This document shows, piece by piece, positions 32,163 through 42,562 of a DNA stretch of 64,000 nucleotides. The position numbers were made by a program, and so were the translations under genes. The stretch lies in IMG/VR virus record IMGVR_UViG_3300044644_001125, positions 62,001 through 126,000 of that record; one strand, written 5' to 3'. How positions within the stretch are numbered: the first letter of the stretch is position 1; each line of letters opens with the position of its first letter. The notes beneath the pieces were generated by a model. The model searched no databases. It had not been told where the DNA came from and worked only from the letters and a program-made list of their open reading frames with translations.

Positions 32163-33738
32163 TTTCTACCTCTCTTGCGATTATATCTGCTATTGTTTCG
32201 TCAGTGGCTTTATAGATAAGCCAGTTACCAATCTGTACCTTATGCTTTGCGTTCATGTACTTTAAACCAAAGTTACCCTCAAAGATTCGTTGTTTAGCGG
32301 CTGGGATGATGATAACATCCTCGCCAATGTACAAGTGGGTTCTGTCGGTATTATCAGTCAACAACGCCTTAAAGGTTGTTTCACTGGTATGGTTATCAAC
32401 GTACTGTTGGAACAAATCCGCCATTGGACTTGTTACTACTTCTTCAAACTTCATGTTATCGTTCCTTGTTAGCTCACCGCTAACGCGGTTCGCACGTTAA
32501 CGGTGAAGTTGTTAGTTAAGCTGGGTTAAGTATCTGTAATCCGTAGATTAAATCTTCGTCTGTAATCTCATCGTATGAGAGTATGTATTGTTCGCCATCA
32601 TCAACTGTATGTACATGAATCATCTTATCCTCTGGTGATAAGCCATCAATCACATAATCAACGTCATCTTTTACAATTAAGAATGCTTGTTCGATTAAGG
32701 TATTAAGTTGTTCTCTTGTTCTCATTGGTAGTGCCTCTTTGTTAGTGTAGTGGTATGGTATCAATTATCTTTTAGGTTGTCAACTTATTTCTTACTGTCC
32801 ATTAAGTCTTGCATACCGTCTAAGTGGTAGATTCGATTCTTATGGAATACAAACCCACCTATGTTTGTAAAGTAAATTTTGCAGTAGTTAGTTGCAATGT
32901 CTTTTTGGAAGTGGGTGAATACTGCAATACCCGCAATCAACGCGCCAATCGCAATACCACTAACAAATGCTCTTAATCCCCTAAAGTTATCTGATACTTC
33001 TACTAATCTTGGTTTCTGTTCGTAAGTTGCCATCTGTAGTGCCTCTTTGTTAAGTTGTGGCTATTCTAAAAGATAATCGAACTGCTGTCAACAACTTTCT
33101 GTAACAAGGTTCTCATGTCTTGGCATTCGCTGTCATCTTCTTCTGAAAACTCATAACCAAACGCAATAATATATTCTAAGGCAGTTTTAATCAAGTCTAC
33201 TTCATTTGCGTCAAAGTTCATGTTACTGTACTCTATAGTTATGTTTAAGGTCAATGTCTGGTGTCAATGGCATTGGTTTAGCTTTCGTATCAGTTCTTGG
33301 TAAGTGGATTTGTTTATGGTTAACGATAACATACTCTACCGTAAACTTATCTGGGCAAATCTGATACAAGGTTTCACCACTGCAATGTACATGGTCATAG
33401 AATCCTGTTTCATCTGGGAAGTCTGGTACATCAATAACCGCGTGTGCATTGGTGGTAAAAATGGCTAGTGCTAGTAGTAATTTCTTCATTGTCTTTTCTC
33501 GATTGTTGCTATTGTTCCAACTAAGTTTTGTGCAAATGTTGCTTTGAATTCTTGGTTATTCAGTGAAGTTGTTTTAACCCATTCATCGATAAAGTAACTT
33601 ACTGGTGTTAACTTTCTTACTTGGGACTTAGCCACTCCTGTATGGGTTGCTAAGGTTTGTTCTATTGTGGTCATGTCGCTATCCTCTGTTAAGTTGCAGG
33701 TATCTTACCCTAAAATACCTGCATTTGTCAACAACTCG

Positions 33739-34197
33739 TTAGTAAAATTCCGGCATGAATTCTTCTTCAAAGTCATCGATAAAATCGAGTTCATTAAAGT
33801 CATTATCTGCAAACTGTTCCATGTCTACATCACTTGGTGTATAATTGCCTTTCTTTGCCGCTACATAGCTTGTAACTCTATCAACCAGTCTTTCCATTGG
33901 CTTGTCTAAGTTCTTCCCAGTGACGGTGCCTGTGTTGCATTCTAACTTGATGTCAAATAACACATCCGCCAAGCCTACTGAATATTTAATGTCGCAATCG
34001 AATAAGAAGTTTACCGCGCCACTGGTGTTAGATTTTAAACCGTTTTGATAGTAATCATAGTATACGCGTCCAATGGCTCTCATCATCTCACCTTCAACAC
34101 TTCCAGCATTACCTGCTTTTGGTACGATTTCTTTTAATGCGTTATATTCGTTTTGCATTTTGCCTAGATTGTTCCAGTATATGTTTTTCATTTTCAT
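33739..34197 (-). CDS. Conserved phage early protein
   Basis: YWN..GK.Q, GEMMRA...YYDYYQNG. Confidence 0.7.
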   Translation of the reverse strand: MKMKNIYWNNLGKMQNEYNALKEIVPKAGNAGSVEGEMMRAIGRVYYDYYQNGLKSNTSGAVNFLFDCDIKYSVGLADVLFDIKLECNTGTVTGKNLDKPMERLVDRVTSYVAAKKGNYTPSDVDMEQFADNDFNELDFIDDFEEEFMPEFY

Positions 34198-35573
34198 TTA
34201 CTCCGTAGTGCTTGTTAAGGTGGTGATAGTTTAATTGGAAACTATCACCGTGTCAAGTTATCTTTTAGTCTTCAGATTCTCTGCGGTCTAATTCAATGGC
34301 TAGTAACTCTTGCATAACTTCAGTAAAGGCATCTCTTGATTCTAATTCTGAATACAACTCAAACTTGAGTTCCAGTTCATCGTATGTCATTTCACTGATT
34401 TGGTTTTTGATTTCATTTATGTTCATTGGTAGTGCCTCTGGGTTGGTTAGGTTAGGCTCGCGCGTTGCGCTCGCGAGCCATGTATGTTGTTTAGATGATA
34501 CAATCGTTATCTGCATCAATTTCCAATGTTACGCATTCGGTGGAAATATCGTCACCATTATCAATCCATGCCAATCCAACACGATTTTTATCTATTGTGA
34601 ATTGTTCATCTGCGTATGCAACCGATACCACTACCGGTAAGTCTGCATCGAATGTGGATAATACTGCAATTAGTTCTTTGATTGTCATTATCTTTACTCC
34701 GTAGTGCTTGTTAAGGTGGTGATAGTTTAATTGGAAACTATCACCTTGTCAAGTTATCTTTTAGGTTAGGCTCGCGCGTTGCGCTCGCAAGCCTTGTATG
34801 TTTAGGTTGACACCTACTTGATTAGAGTAGTTAGAAGGTGCAGTTTCCTTCCATGCCAAGTATCACTTGCACTGCACCCTTATGTCATTATCTTTTAGGT
34901 TATTGGTCTTCGTATGCTCTGGCTAGTAACTCTGCCGTTTTAAAGATATGGTGAACTCTATCATCTTTTAGTGCGATTTCAAGAGCCTCCTCGTCATCAA
35001 TCGAGAAGTCATTGTCAAAGTGTTCTACCATGTACTCCTCGAAACTATCTGCCTCAGATTCTAGCAAGTAGTCTAAGATACTAGACAAACGGTTTAAGTT
35101 GGTTTCTGTTAAGGTGATTGTTCTGTATTGTTCGCTCATTGTCTATTACTCCGTAGTGCTTTGTTAAGGTGCGAGTAGTATATTACTACTCGCTAAGTTT
35201 GTCAACTTCTATTCATGGTACATTTTACCGTTAAATTCTACTGCTTGTGGTTCATCGTCAGAATCTGCCCAATCAGTCCAGTAAATCGCGTCATCCGCGT
35301 AAGCATCTTCGTAAGTGGCATATCCAGCCGCAATACTCCATTCAACTGCATCTTTGATATTCTTAAAGTATTGGTCTGCCTCGCTGGTAACCCATCCTGC
35401 GTTCATACCTTCACCAGTGATTGAACAAACTCGCATCCAAGTTTTAAATTCTGTAGTCATTGTCTTTACTCCGTAGTGCTTTGTTAAGGTGCGAGTAGTA
35501 TATTACTACTCGCTTTAAATGTCAACTATTTTTTTCTTCGTACTGGCTCGTGCCTATCGGCACTCGCAGAAAT

Positions 35574-35867
35574 TTAATCGATGGTTCTAACTGCTCTGAC
35601 GTATCCGTCACCGTAACTCTTACCGTAGTAACTCTGAATCCCGATTGACATATGATTACTCCATGCGTTGACATCATTATACTCAGTAGATGACCAGTAG
35701 TAATCTTCCTCAAACTCATTTTCCGATTCATAAATCTGCGTTAGTTCGTCTGTGGTTGGTAAACGCCATCCTGTTTTCTCGTTGATATTAAGCGAAAAGC
35801 AGTATTGGCTGGCATCATACCAGTTGGCTTGAATCTCTGTTTCTTTTGGTGCGATTTCAATGTTCAT
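35574..35867 (-). CDS. Mini DUF1566/C-lectin-fold protein
   Basis: W.DA..YC...GWRLPT..EL...YWSSTE...VRAVR. Confidence 0.8.
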   Translation of the reverse strand: MNIEIAPKETEIQANWYDASQYCFSLNINEKTGWRLPTTDELTQIYESENEFEEDYYWSSTEYNDVNAWSNHMSIGIQSYYGKSYGDGYVRAVRTID

Positions 35868-35941
35868 ATCTTTTACTCCGTAGTGCTTGTTAAGGTGGGT
35901 ACATTCTAGTTGAAATATACCCAGTTGTCAACTATTTGTTT

Positions 35942-36202
35942 TTAGATTATTCTGGTTTGTTTTATTACTGCACATTCGATTCTATCTGCTGAAATTTCTT
36001 CACCAAACTCGCCATCCGTGCCTTTGAATAGTACAGTGCTACCAGCTACTTCAACTAAAGCAACCTCGACCACTTCGCCACAATCTTTAACATATATTTG
36101 ATAGTCTTTGGCAACCTCGTAATCGATTGAATCCGCATAATCCGAGTATTCTACCAAGTATGGCATGATTTCAGCTAAGGTGGTTTCTGTCATTGTGTAC
36201 AT
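35942..36202 (-). CDS. Early protein (paralog A)
   Basis: MYTMTETT...IECAV shared with 36916-37179. Confidence 0.75.
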   Translation of the reverse strand: MYTMTETTLAEIMPYLVEYSDYADSIDYEVAKDYQIYVKDCGEVVEVALVEVAGSTVLFKGTDGEFGEEISADRIECAVIKQTRII

Positions 36203-36915
36203 GGATATTCTCCGTAGTGCTTTGTTAAGGTGGGTATATTCTAGTTGAAATATACCCAGTTGTCAAGTTATCTTTTAGGTTAAATCGTGTTCTAATTTAG
36301 GGTATGTTGCGCGTAAGGTTTCAATCTTTGCTATTAAGGCAGTTATATCTGCTACTATCTCGTCCCTAGCAGTGACTTCACTCTCTGTCAGTGACTTTAA
36401 GTAATCAGTGTCATAGATGTCAAACATAGCTTTAATGTCACGTCTGTATGACTGTACCATGCTATAAAGGTCTGACCGTTTTTGAATGCCGTTCCAGTAT
36501 AAACTACTCATTGGCTTTACTCCGTAGTGCTTTGATAAGGTGGTGATAGTTTAATTGAAAACTATCACATTGTCAATCTTTTTTACCCGTGAGTTAGTTC
36601 TGCCTCAGCATCTTCTAGTGCATCAGCGACTTCTTCTTTAAAGTTGATATTATGACAATCACAGTAACGAATAATATCTACTAACAAATCTGCTACGGTT
36701 GTTTCATAACCATAATCTTCTAATTTTAATATTGCCGCAATCTTTTCAACACCAGTGTAAAAAGAAAACTTTTTAAATACTTCTTCTCCTTCTGGCATTT
36801 CCTGTAGTTCTGCTAACACAAGTTTAATCGAATTGTTCATGTTGTTTACTCCGTAGTGCTTTGTTAAGGTGGGTATATTCTAGTTGAAATATACCCAGTT
36901 GTCAACTATTTGTTT

Positions 36916-37179
36916 TTAGATTAGTCTGTTTTGTTTCATTACAGCGCATTCAATACTATTGACTTTGGCAGTACCGCATTTACCACCACCAATGTTTCTG
37001 AATGTCACGCTATCACCTAAGACTTCTACTGTTCCTACTTCTACCACATCACCAAACTCTTTTACATAGAGTTGAATATGACGTGCTGGTTCGTATTGGA
37101 AGAATCCATTGTCCTCCTCGTCAAACAATTCCAAGTAAGGTAATAAATCAGCAAAGGTGGTTTCTGTCATTGTGTACAT
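36916..37179 (-). CDS. Early protein (paralog B)
   Basis: Paralog of 35942-36202. Confidence 0.75.
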   Translation of the reverse strand: MYTMTETTFADLLPYLELFDEEDNGFFQYEPARHIQLYVKEFGDVVEVGTVEVLGDSVTFRNIGGGKCGTAKVNSIECAVMKQNRLI

Positions 37180-37246
37180 GGATATTCTCCGTAGTGCTTT
37201 GTTAAGGTGGGTACATTCTAAAAGAAAATACCCACCATGTCAATCT

Positions 37247-37960
37247 TTATTTTGTGCGAATAACGAATCCGCTAGTATCTTTTTTCGCGCGTCCTTTGGC
37301 TTTCAATCCAATAACCAAGTCTAGGTTAGTATTATTGAATCTTAAGTCATCCAAGTCACCATCAACTACAGGAACACCATTCCAAGTGGCGGGTACTTCA
37401 TCGAATACCACTGCAATAGAGTAACCTTGTTCCAATGCTTTCATTACGTCTGCATCGTTTGATTCTGCTCTACTGAATGTTAAATGGTAGTTACCTAGGT
37501 GCTTAACCTTACGATTAAGAATCTTACTGTAGTCGTAGAATTGTACTGTAGGGAAGTGTTCAAACACGTTCTTACCACCAACGTAAATGTTTTCCCATAG
37601 AATGTCACTTGTACCATTTAAACGGAATACAGGTGTCATACCTTTACGCTCTGCTTGTTTAATGGCTTTTGTTATATCAGTGATTAAGGTTTCCATGAAA
37701 ACCTCTCTGTTTGTTTTAAAGAACACGGTTCTACGTTTACGAGCCTCTTGTACCGCGTTAGTGGTTTCACCTGCTTTAAACATACCACCATGTCCAGCAG
37801 TATTCAAACAAGCCGCTCTGCATCCAGCAGTAGCCTTTGGGCAAGTGTTCATTACACCAGATAAGTCACTTGGTGCTAGGTGAAGAATGTAGGATTTATA
37901 ACCTTGTGATTCACCTTTAATGATTTTAAGGTTTGAAGTAGTGAGAAGTGAAAATGCCAT
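37247..37960 (-). CDS. Gp88-like Fe-S protein
   Basis: CPKATAGCRAACL, RLNGTSD, QFYDYSK, YHLTFS, GDLDDLRF, GLKAKG. Confidence 0.75.
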   Translation of the reverse strand: MAFSLLTTSNLKIIKGESQGYKSYILHLAPSDLSGVMNTCPKATAGCRAACLNTAGHGGMFKAGETTNAVQEARKRRTVFFKTNREVFMETLITDITKAIKQAERKGMTPVFRLNGTSDILWENIYVGGKNVFEHFPTVQFYDYSKILNRKVKHLGNYHLTFSRAESNDADVMKALEQGYSIAVVFDEVPATWNGVPVVDGDLDDLRFNNTNLDLVIGLKAKGRAKKDTSGFVIRTK

Positions 37961-38031
37961 TGTAGTAACTCCGTAGTGCTTTGTTAAGGTGGGTACATTG
38001 TATTCTCAATGTACCCATTTGTCAAATCTTT

Positions 38032-38226
38032 TTATCCGATTGCTTGTAACAAGTACGCGTATGTGATTTCTTTCTTCGTTCCTTTTGGTAAACCTAGCAA
38101 CTGGCAAGCCATTGTATTAGCCGATTTTCCACGACCTTTCAATCCTTTGATTTCTAATCCAAGTGCTGATTTCAAGGTTAATAACTGGAATCTGTTGATT
38201 TGTTCTGGTGTAGTTAATACGCTCAT
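38032..38226 (-). CDS. Small early protein (copy 2)
   Basis: Near-identical to 20925-21119. Confidence 0.8.
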   Translation of the reverse strand: MSVLTTPEQINRFQLLTLKSALGLEIKGLKGRGKSANTMACQLLGLPKGTKKEITYAYLLQAIG

Positions 38227-39149
38227 CTTTGTAACTCCGTAGTGCTTTGTTAAGGTGGGTATAGTTTAGTGGATCTTTACCCTGTTGTCAACTCTTTTTT
38301 TTCTTCTTATTGGCTCGTGCCTATCGGCACTCGCAAACAAGTGGGTACATCCTACTCGAAAATACCCACCTTGTCAAATCTTCTTTTAGTGTGATGCAAT
38401 TATCGAATCATTGGACAATGAAAACCAATAACCACGTCGCTTATAGTCTGCAATGATTGCAAAGGCCTCCTCCTCTGGCATAGCTTGCAGCTCGTCCAAG
38501 TCTAGTTTAATCGAATCATTACGTGGTTTTGTGCCTAGTATAAATGTCGGTTCGTTCATTTTGTTTGCTCCTGTATGTTTATGTTTCGGCGTATAGCCTA
38601 CCAGTAGTTAGCCGAGTTGTCAACAACCCACTAACTCATCATACAGTTCTTGGTAAACACTGCCTTGGTATGCACCATCATCAAAGTCCATGACAGCACA
38701 TCTCTCAATAAAATCCAGATTGGATTCACCCTCATATTGCTCGTACAGCACAGAATACTTCTCATAAGCCTCTGGGATTTGTTTAACTTTCTCAATATAT
38801 GAATCTATCATCGTAGTATCCTCTTGGGTTTAAGTTGGCATTAGTCTACCAAGTTACTGGTTACTTGTCAACTCTGTATACCAAACTCCCTATCAATCCA
38901 CTCCTGCTCATCTGGATACACATAAGTGAAGATGACTTCCCCATCTTTTAGGGATCTCAAATCCTCCATGAAGTCATGGGGATACAGGATGTCTGCGCCT
39001 TCAGGCAGAACTGATGAGTCGATGATGGTTACGCCAGTTGCTGTTGTTGCTTGTAAGTAGTTTGCCATGCGGTTTCTCTGGGTTGTGGTTATTTGTGGGT
39101 ACAGTCTAAAAGATAATTAACCCAATGTCAAGCATTATCTTTTAGGCAT

Positions 39150-39180
39150 AAAAAAGCCATCGTTTTTCGATGGCGTTTTT
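39150..39180. terminator. Bidirectional intrinsic terminator
   Basis: A-run, GCCATCG/CGATGGC stem, T-run. Confidence 0.7.
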
Positions 39181-39820
39181 GATTTTATTTAGCACCAGCC
39201 CTTACTAAAAGATCATTGACTATCTCTTCACAGCGTGGTGAATGGCATTCAACCCTTTTGATCCGCTCTACCATCGCAGGATCTGGTATGTATGCAGCGG
39301 GTACGAAGTACCATACCTGCATTAATATAACCCCTACCTGCATTCCAAGGATCGCACATATCCCAAGTGTATTCCACGGACTTTCCCTCCATAGCTCAAT
39401 GAACTTAAGTTTACCTACATGGATTAACGTAACAATCCATACAAACCCACCTATCCATAGTGCGGTTATTACGAATGACTCTAATGACATTTTCTTCTCC
39501 TATACGTGTATATGCATGATGCTCACAGCGGGTAACCTGACTCTACCATACGTGCACACTCAATAGCTTCCAGTGCACTAGCACGGATAGTCTTGAAATC
39601 TATCTGATCAGCATCCCAAGTGGCCTGCCAAACAAACTGCCACCAGAACTTCCAATGCTTCCGGTATACATGAATCTCTACTGCATTCTTACCTGCATAG
39701 AAAATCCGGGCCTGGTAGATACCATCATCAACTTTTAACATGTGTGCTCTCCTATATGTGTGAATGCAGGTATATTATCATATATCCTTCAGCGGGTAAA
39801 GTAGAATTTAAAGGTAAGTG

Positions 39821-39989
39821 AATCAATAACTTACAAGCGTTCGTTTCATTTTTTGTGTATTGTAGATTATTGACCCTGTAGGGTAACCAGGGTAAGATAC
39901 TGTTTAAAGGTACTGTTTGTAAGTCATTGATTTATATCATTATTATTTTAAGGGTCTAAAAGATAATAGCTTTATAATTCAATGACTTA
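39821..39989. promoter_or_regulatory. Cluster of IHF-consensus sites
   Basis: WATCAANNNNTTR at 39821-39833 (+) and 39920-39932 (-), near-match at 39977-39989; another at 46662-46674 (-). Confidence 0.55.
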
Positions 39990-40061
39990 CAAGAAAGTAG
40001 TTGAAAATTGAATGAAAACACGTGTATATTAGCACGAGCTACTAACACGCACAGCGGGTAA

Positions 40062-40394
40062 CTAGGATTTGATCAACCATACAAACGATTGATTGGCAGC
40101 ACAACCAAGCACGAGTCCAGGGTTATTCACTATCATTTCGATTCTACCATCAGCGGTATTCTCCTGAGTTACATGTGGATAGTTCATCTCTTTAATCATA
40201 GAGTTGGTATAGAGATCACATTGATAACGACTCATCCCACGCTTCCAAGCTACTATGATATGTGAATTCTGTTTCATTGCATCATAGTCAACTAAGAACC
40301 CGGCGTTCAACATGTTCTGTTTGATATCATCCAAGGTATATGCATTGGCGTTTAACGATGCTAGTAATGCGATTACTGCTAATAACTTTTTCAT
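40062..40394 (-). CDS. Secreted hypothetical protein
   Basis: Signal peptide MKKLLAVIALLASLNANA. Confidence 0.65.
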   Translation of the reverse strand: MKKLLAVIALLASLNANAYTLDDIKQNMLNAGFLVDYDAMKQNSHIIVAWKRGMSRYQCDLYTNSMIKEMNYPHVTQENTADGRIEMIVNNPGLVLGCAANQSFVWLIKS

Positions 40395-40503
40395 TTTGAT
40401 TTACTCGGTTAGTTAGAAAGTTACTATTATACATGTATATGTACAGATGTCAAGTACCTGCACAGCGGGTAGATAGGTATAGCGAGGCACGCTAGTGCCG
40501 AGC

Positions 40504-42285
40504 CTAGTCTTCGTCATCCTCGTCGTCATATTCATACAAGTACTCTTCATCCCCATACTGAACACTATCGTATCTATGATCAGAACCATCGAAGTAATCT
40601 GTACCCCAAGAGTCACGATGGCGTTTAGCATAACGTTCGCGTTCCTCCTTAATGGCTCGCATCTCTGGTTCAATTAATGAATCATCAATATCCGATTCAA
40701 TGATCCGAGTAGTATTACCACGTGACAATTCATATTCCTGTTCACGTATGACTAATCTATGAATGGCAACCTTACGGTCATTATCCTCAACTCTAGGACC
40801 AACCATCGCAGTATACCCAGTAAGTTTCTCACCCACTAACTTCCAATATGGCATACCAAACGCTGTTTTGATACGCAACTCGATCTCCTGCAGATCATCA
40901 AATGCAATCTTATTTCGCACAATGAACGCGTCATGCACACCGATTAGTATCTCATGTCCCATAGTTTCCGCAATCGATGTAGCACTAGTCATGATCGCAG
41001 TCTCAGCATGCTGGTACAAGTAAGCCATCTCTTTGGCCTTATTACGACACCCTTTGTCTGTTTTAGTACAGGTTAACGGAGCCAATATACTTTTATTCTT
41101 CTCTAGGATAAACTCAGCTAACTCCATATGCTCATGGATAAATCCACTAATCAAATCATGATTCAAAAATGCATCACGAATTTCATTATCTTTTAGGATA
41201 ACACCTAACGAATTAACCAATGGATTGTCTGGATCTTTTGGGTTGGGTATGACAATCCCGAATACCTTCGCACCAAAAGATATGGCATTCATCATAGCCT
41301 TGATCTTTTTACGACACCACTCAGGATCATACCGGTGAACATTACCCGCTTTGTCTTTGTAAGTACGGCATAAGAACACGTGCTTCAAACAGTCCTGTAT
41401 AAAGTCTTCCTTATCTGTCAGGTAATGATTAGTATACTGGAACCTTTCTGGTTTTACTTCTCGGTTATACGCAGCTGCATAACTATACTTCCAGGCAATG
41501 GATGAAGAACTGATATCATACTGCCATGAATCACCCAATACATTCTTACGCATTTCCCTTGGGATGTTATGCATCGATAACCCAACATAATACAATCGGC
41601 CAAATACACTCTGCTTCTTCCGCTGGAACCAATACCCATCACCTTTATGTGCTAGGGCCAAGATCATCTTAGCCTTACGTATATAACTCTTGCGTTGGTC
41701 CTCATCCAACTTAGTACTGTCATAGATAAGCCAATTCAAGTAATTAGTTAACGTTGTAGTATTAACTTCAATTGGGTGAAACATCGCTAAACAATCATCA
41801 GCTGACATTAATCCCTGACTTGCATATAAAACCTCTGGATATTCCCTGTAGAATAAATCATCATACATTTCATTATCAAGGAAATCATCAGTCTGGATGT
41901 TAAGTTGTTTTTCTTCGTATTCTTCTAGGCTCATGTCAAATAGATCTGTGTAAGTACAACGGTTGTCAATTAGGGAGATAGTAGATTTTACCTTCTGTAA
42001 ACTATTACCCATGTTTAGAACTTTTATGATTGGCTTATTATCTTTTAGCCAGGAATGAACTCGTACCTTCTTACCTTTCGAATCGGTAATTCTCCCACCG
42101 GTATCATGTAATACCTTCATTGGGATCTGATACTGACTATACGCAGTACATGCGTAATCGTTTGTAATTGATATATGTATCAAGTTAGACAAGACCTTAG
42201 AATACTTCTCAAGTGCTTTATCTACTGATTTTTTAGAAAACTCCGCATACATTGCTTCGTACACAGACTCGTGGATTTCGATCAT
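40504..42285 (-). CDS. Family-A (right-hand) polymerase-fold protein
   Basis: GRLY, motif A YDISSS, motif B KIKAMMNAISFG, YQHAE, motif C VHDAF. Confidence 0.65.
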   Translation of the reverse strand: MIEIHESVYEAMYAEFSKKSVDKALEKYSKVLSNLIHISITNDYACTAYSQYQIPMKVLHDTGGRITDSKGKKVRVHSWLKDNKPIIKVLNMGNSLQKVKSTISLIDNRCTYTDLFDMSLEEYEEKQLNIQTDDFLDNEMYDDLFYREYPEVLYASQGLMSADDCLAMFHPIEVNTTTLTNYLNWLIYDSTKLDEDQRKSYIRKAKMILALAHKGDGYWFQRKKQSVFGRLYYVGLSMHNIPREMRKNVLGDSWQYDISSSSIAWKYSYAAAYNREVKPERFQYTNHYLTDKEDFIQDCLKHVFLCRTYKDKAGNVHRYDPEWCRKKIKAMMNAISFGAKVFGIVIPNPKDPDNPLVNSLGVILKDNEIRDAFLNHDLISGFIHEHMELAEFILEKNKSILAPLTCTKTDKGCRNKAKEMAYLYQHAETAIMTSATSIAETMGHEILIGVHDAFIVRNKIAFDDLQEIELRIKTAFGMPYWKLVGEKLTGYTAMVGPRVEDNDRKVAIHRLVIREQEYELSRGNTTRIIESDIDDSLIEPEMRAIKEERERYAKRHRDSWGTDYFDGSDHRYDSVQYGDEEYLYEYDDEDDED

Positions 42286-42500
42286 CTTATTCTTCCTATG
42301 GTTTGTGTTACCAGTTCTCTGATCAAACCACCCCTAATTCGGTTGGCCAACCTAGCTAGGGGTTTAAGAAAAATGATTATGATCAATCGAACTTTTAACT
42401 CATGTATTTAGTACAGGACCTCCATTATCTTTTAGTCGAATTAATACTATCACAGCCATAACCAATCAGTCAACTAATATATCTAAAAGATAACTTCATT

Positions 42501-42562
42501 AATAGTTCAATTATCTTTTAGTGATATAGACCATCAATAGTTCAATTATCTTTTAGTGATAT
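42501..42562. repeat. 27-bp direct repeat x2
   Basis: AATAGTTCAATTATCTTTTAGTGATAT at 42501 and 42536. Confidence 0.85.

Larger units (their letters stand above)
14720..38300 (-). repeat. Array of about 45 repeated early promoter/leader elements, each heading one or a few small genes
   Basis: Minus-strand consensus TTGACA-17 nt-TAnnnT-CCCACCTTAACAAAGCACTACGGAG-ATG (plus-strand GTAGTGC near 14728, 15599, 15961, 16381, 16660, 16985, 18341, 20601, 20866, 21132, 22405, 23401, 23802, 24602, 26415, 28722, 30152, 30723, 34205, 35153, 36214, 37191, 37974, 38239 and others). Confidence 0.95.

Noticed and set aside
14720-38300. CRISPR array interpretation of the regular repeats
   Set aside because: Spacers are 150-1000 bp ORFs, the repeats are promoter/SD modules, and there are no cas genes
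14720-38300. Integron cassette array (attC)
   Set aside because: No integrase in window, repeats carry their own promoters, and no consistent RYYYAAC/GTTRRRY-bounded attC fold
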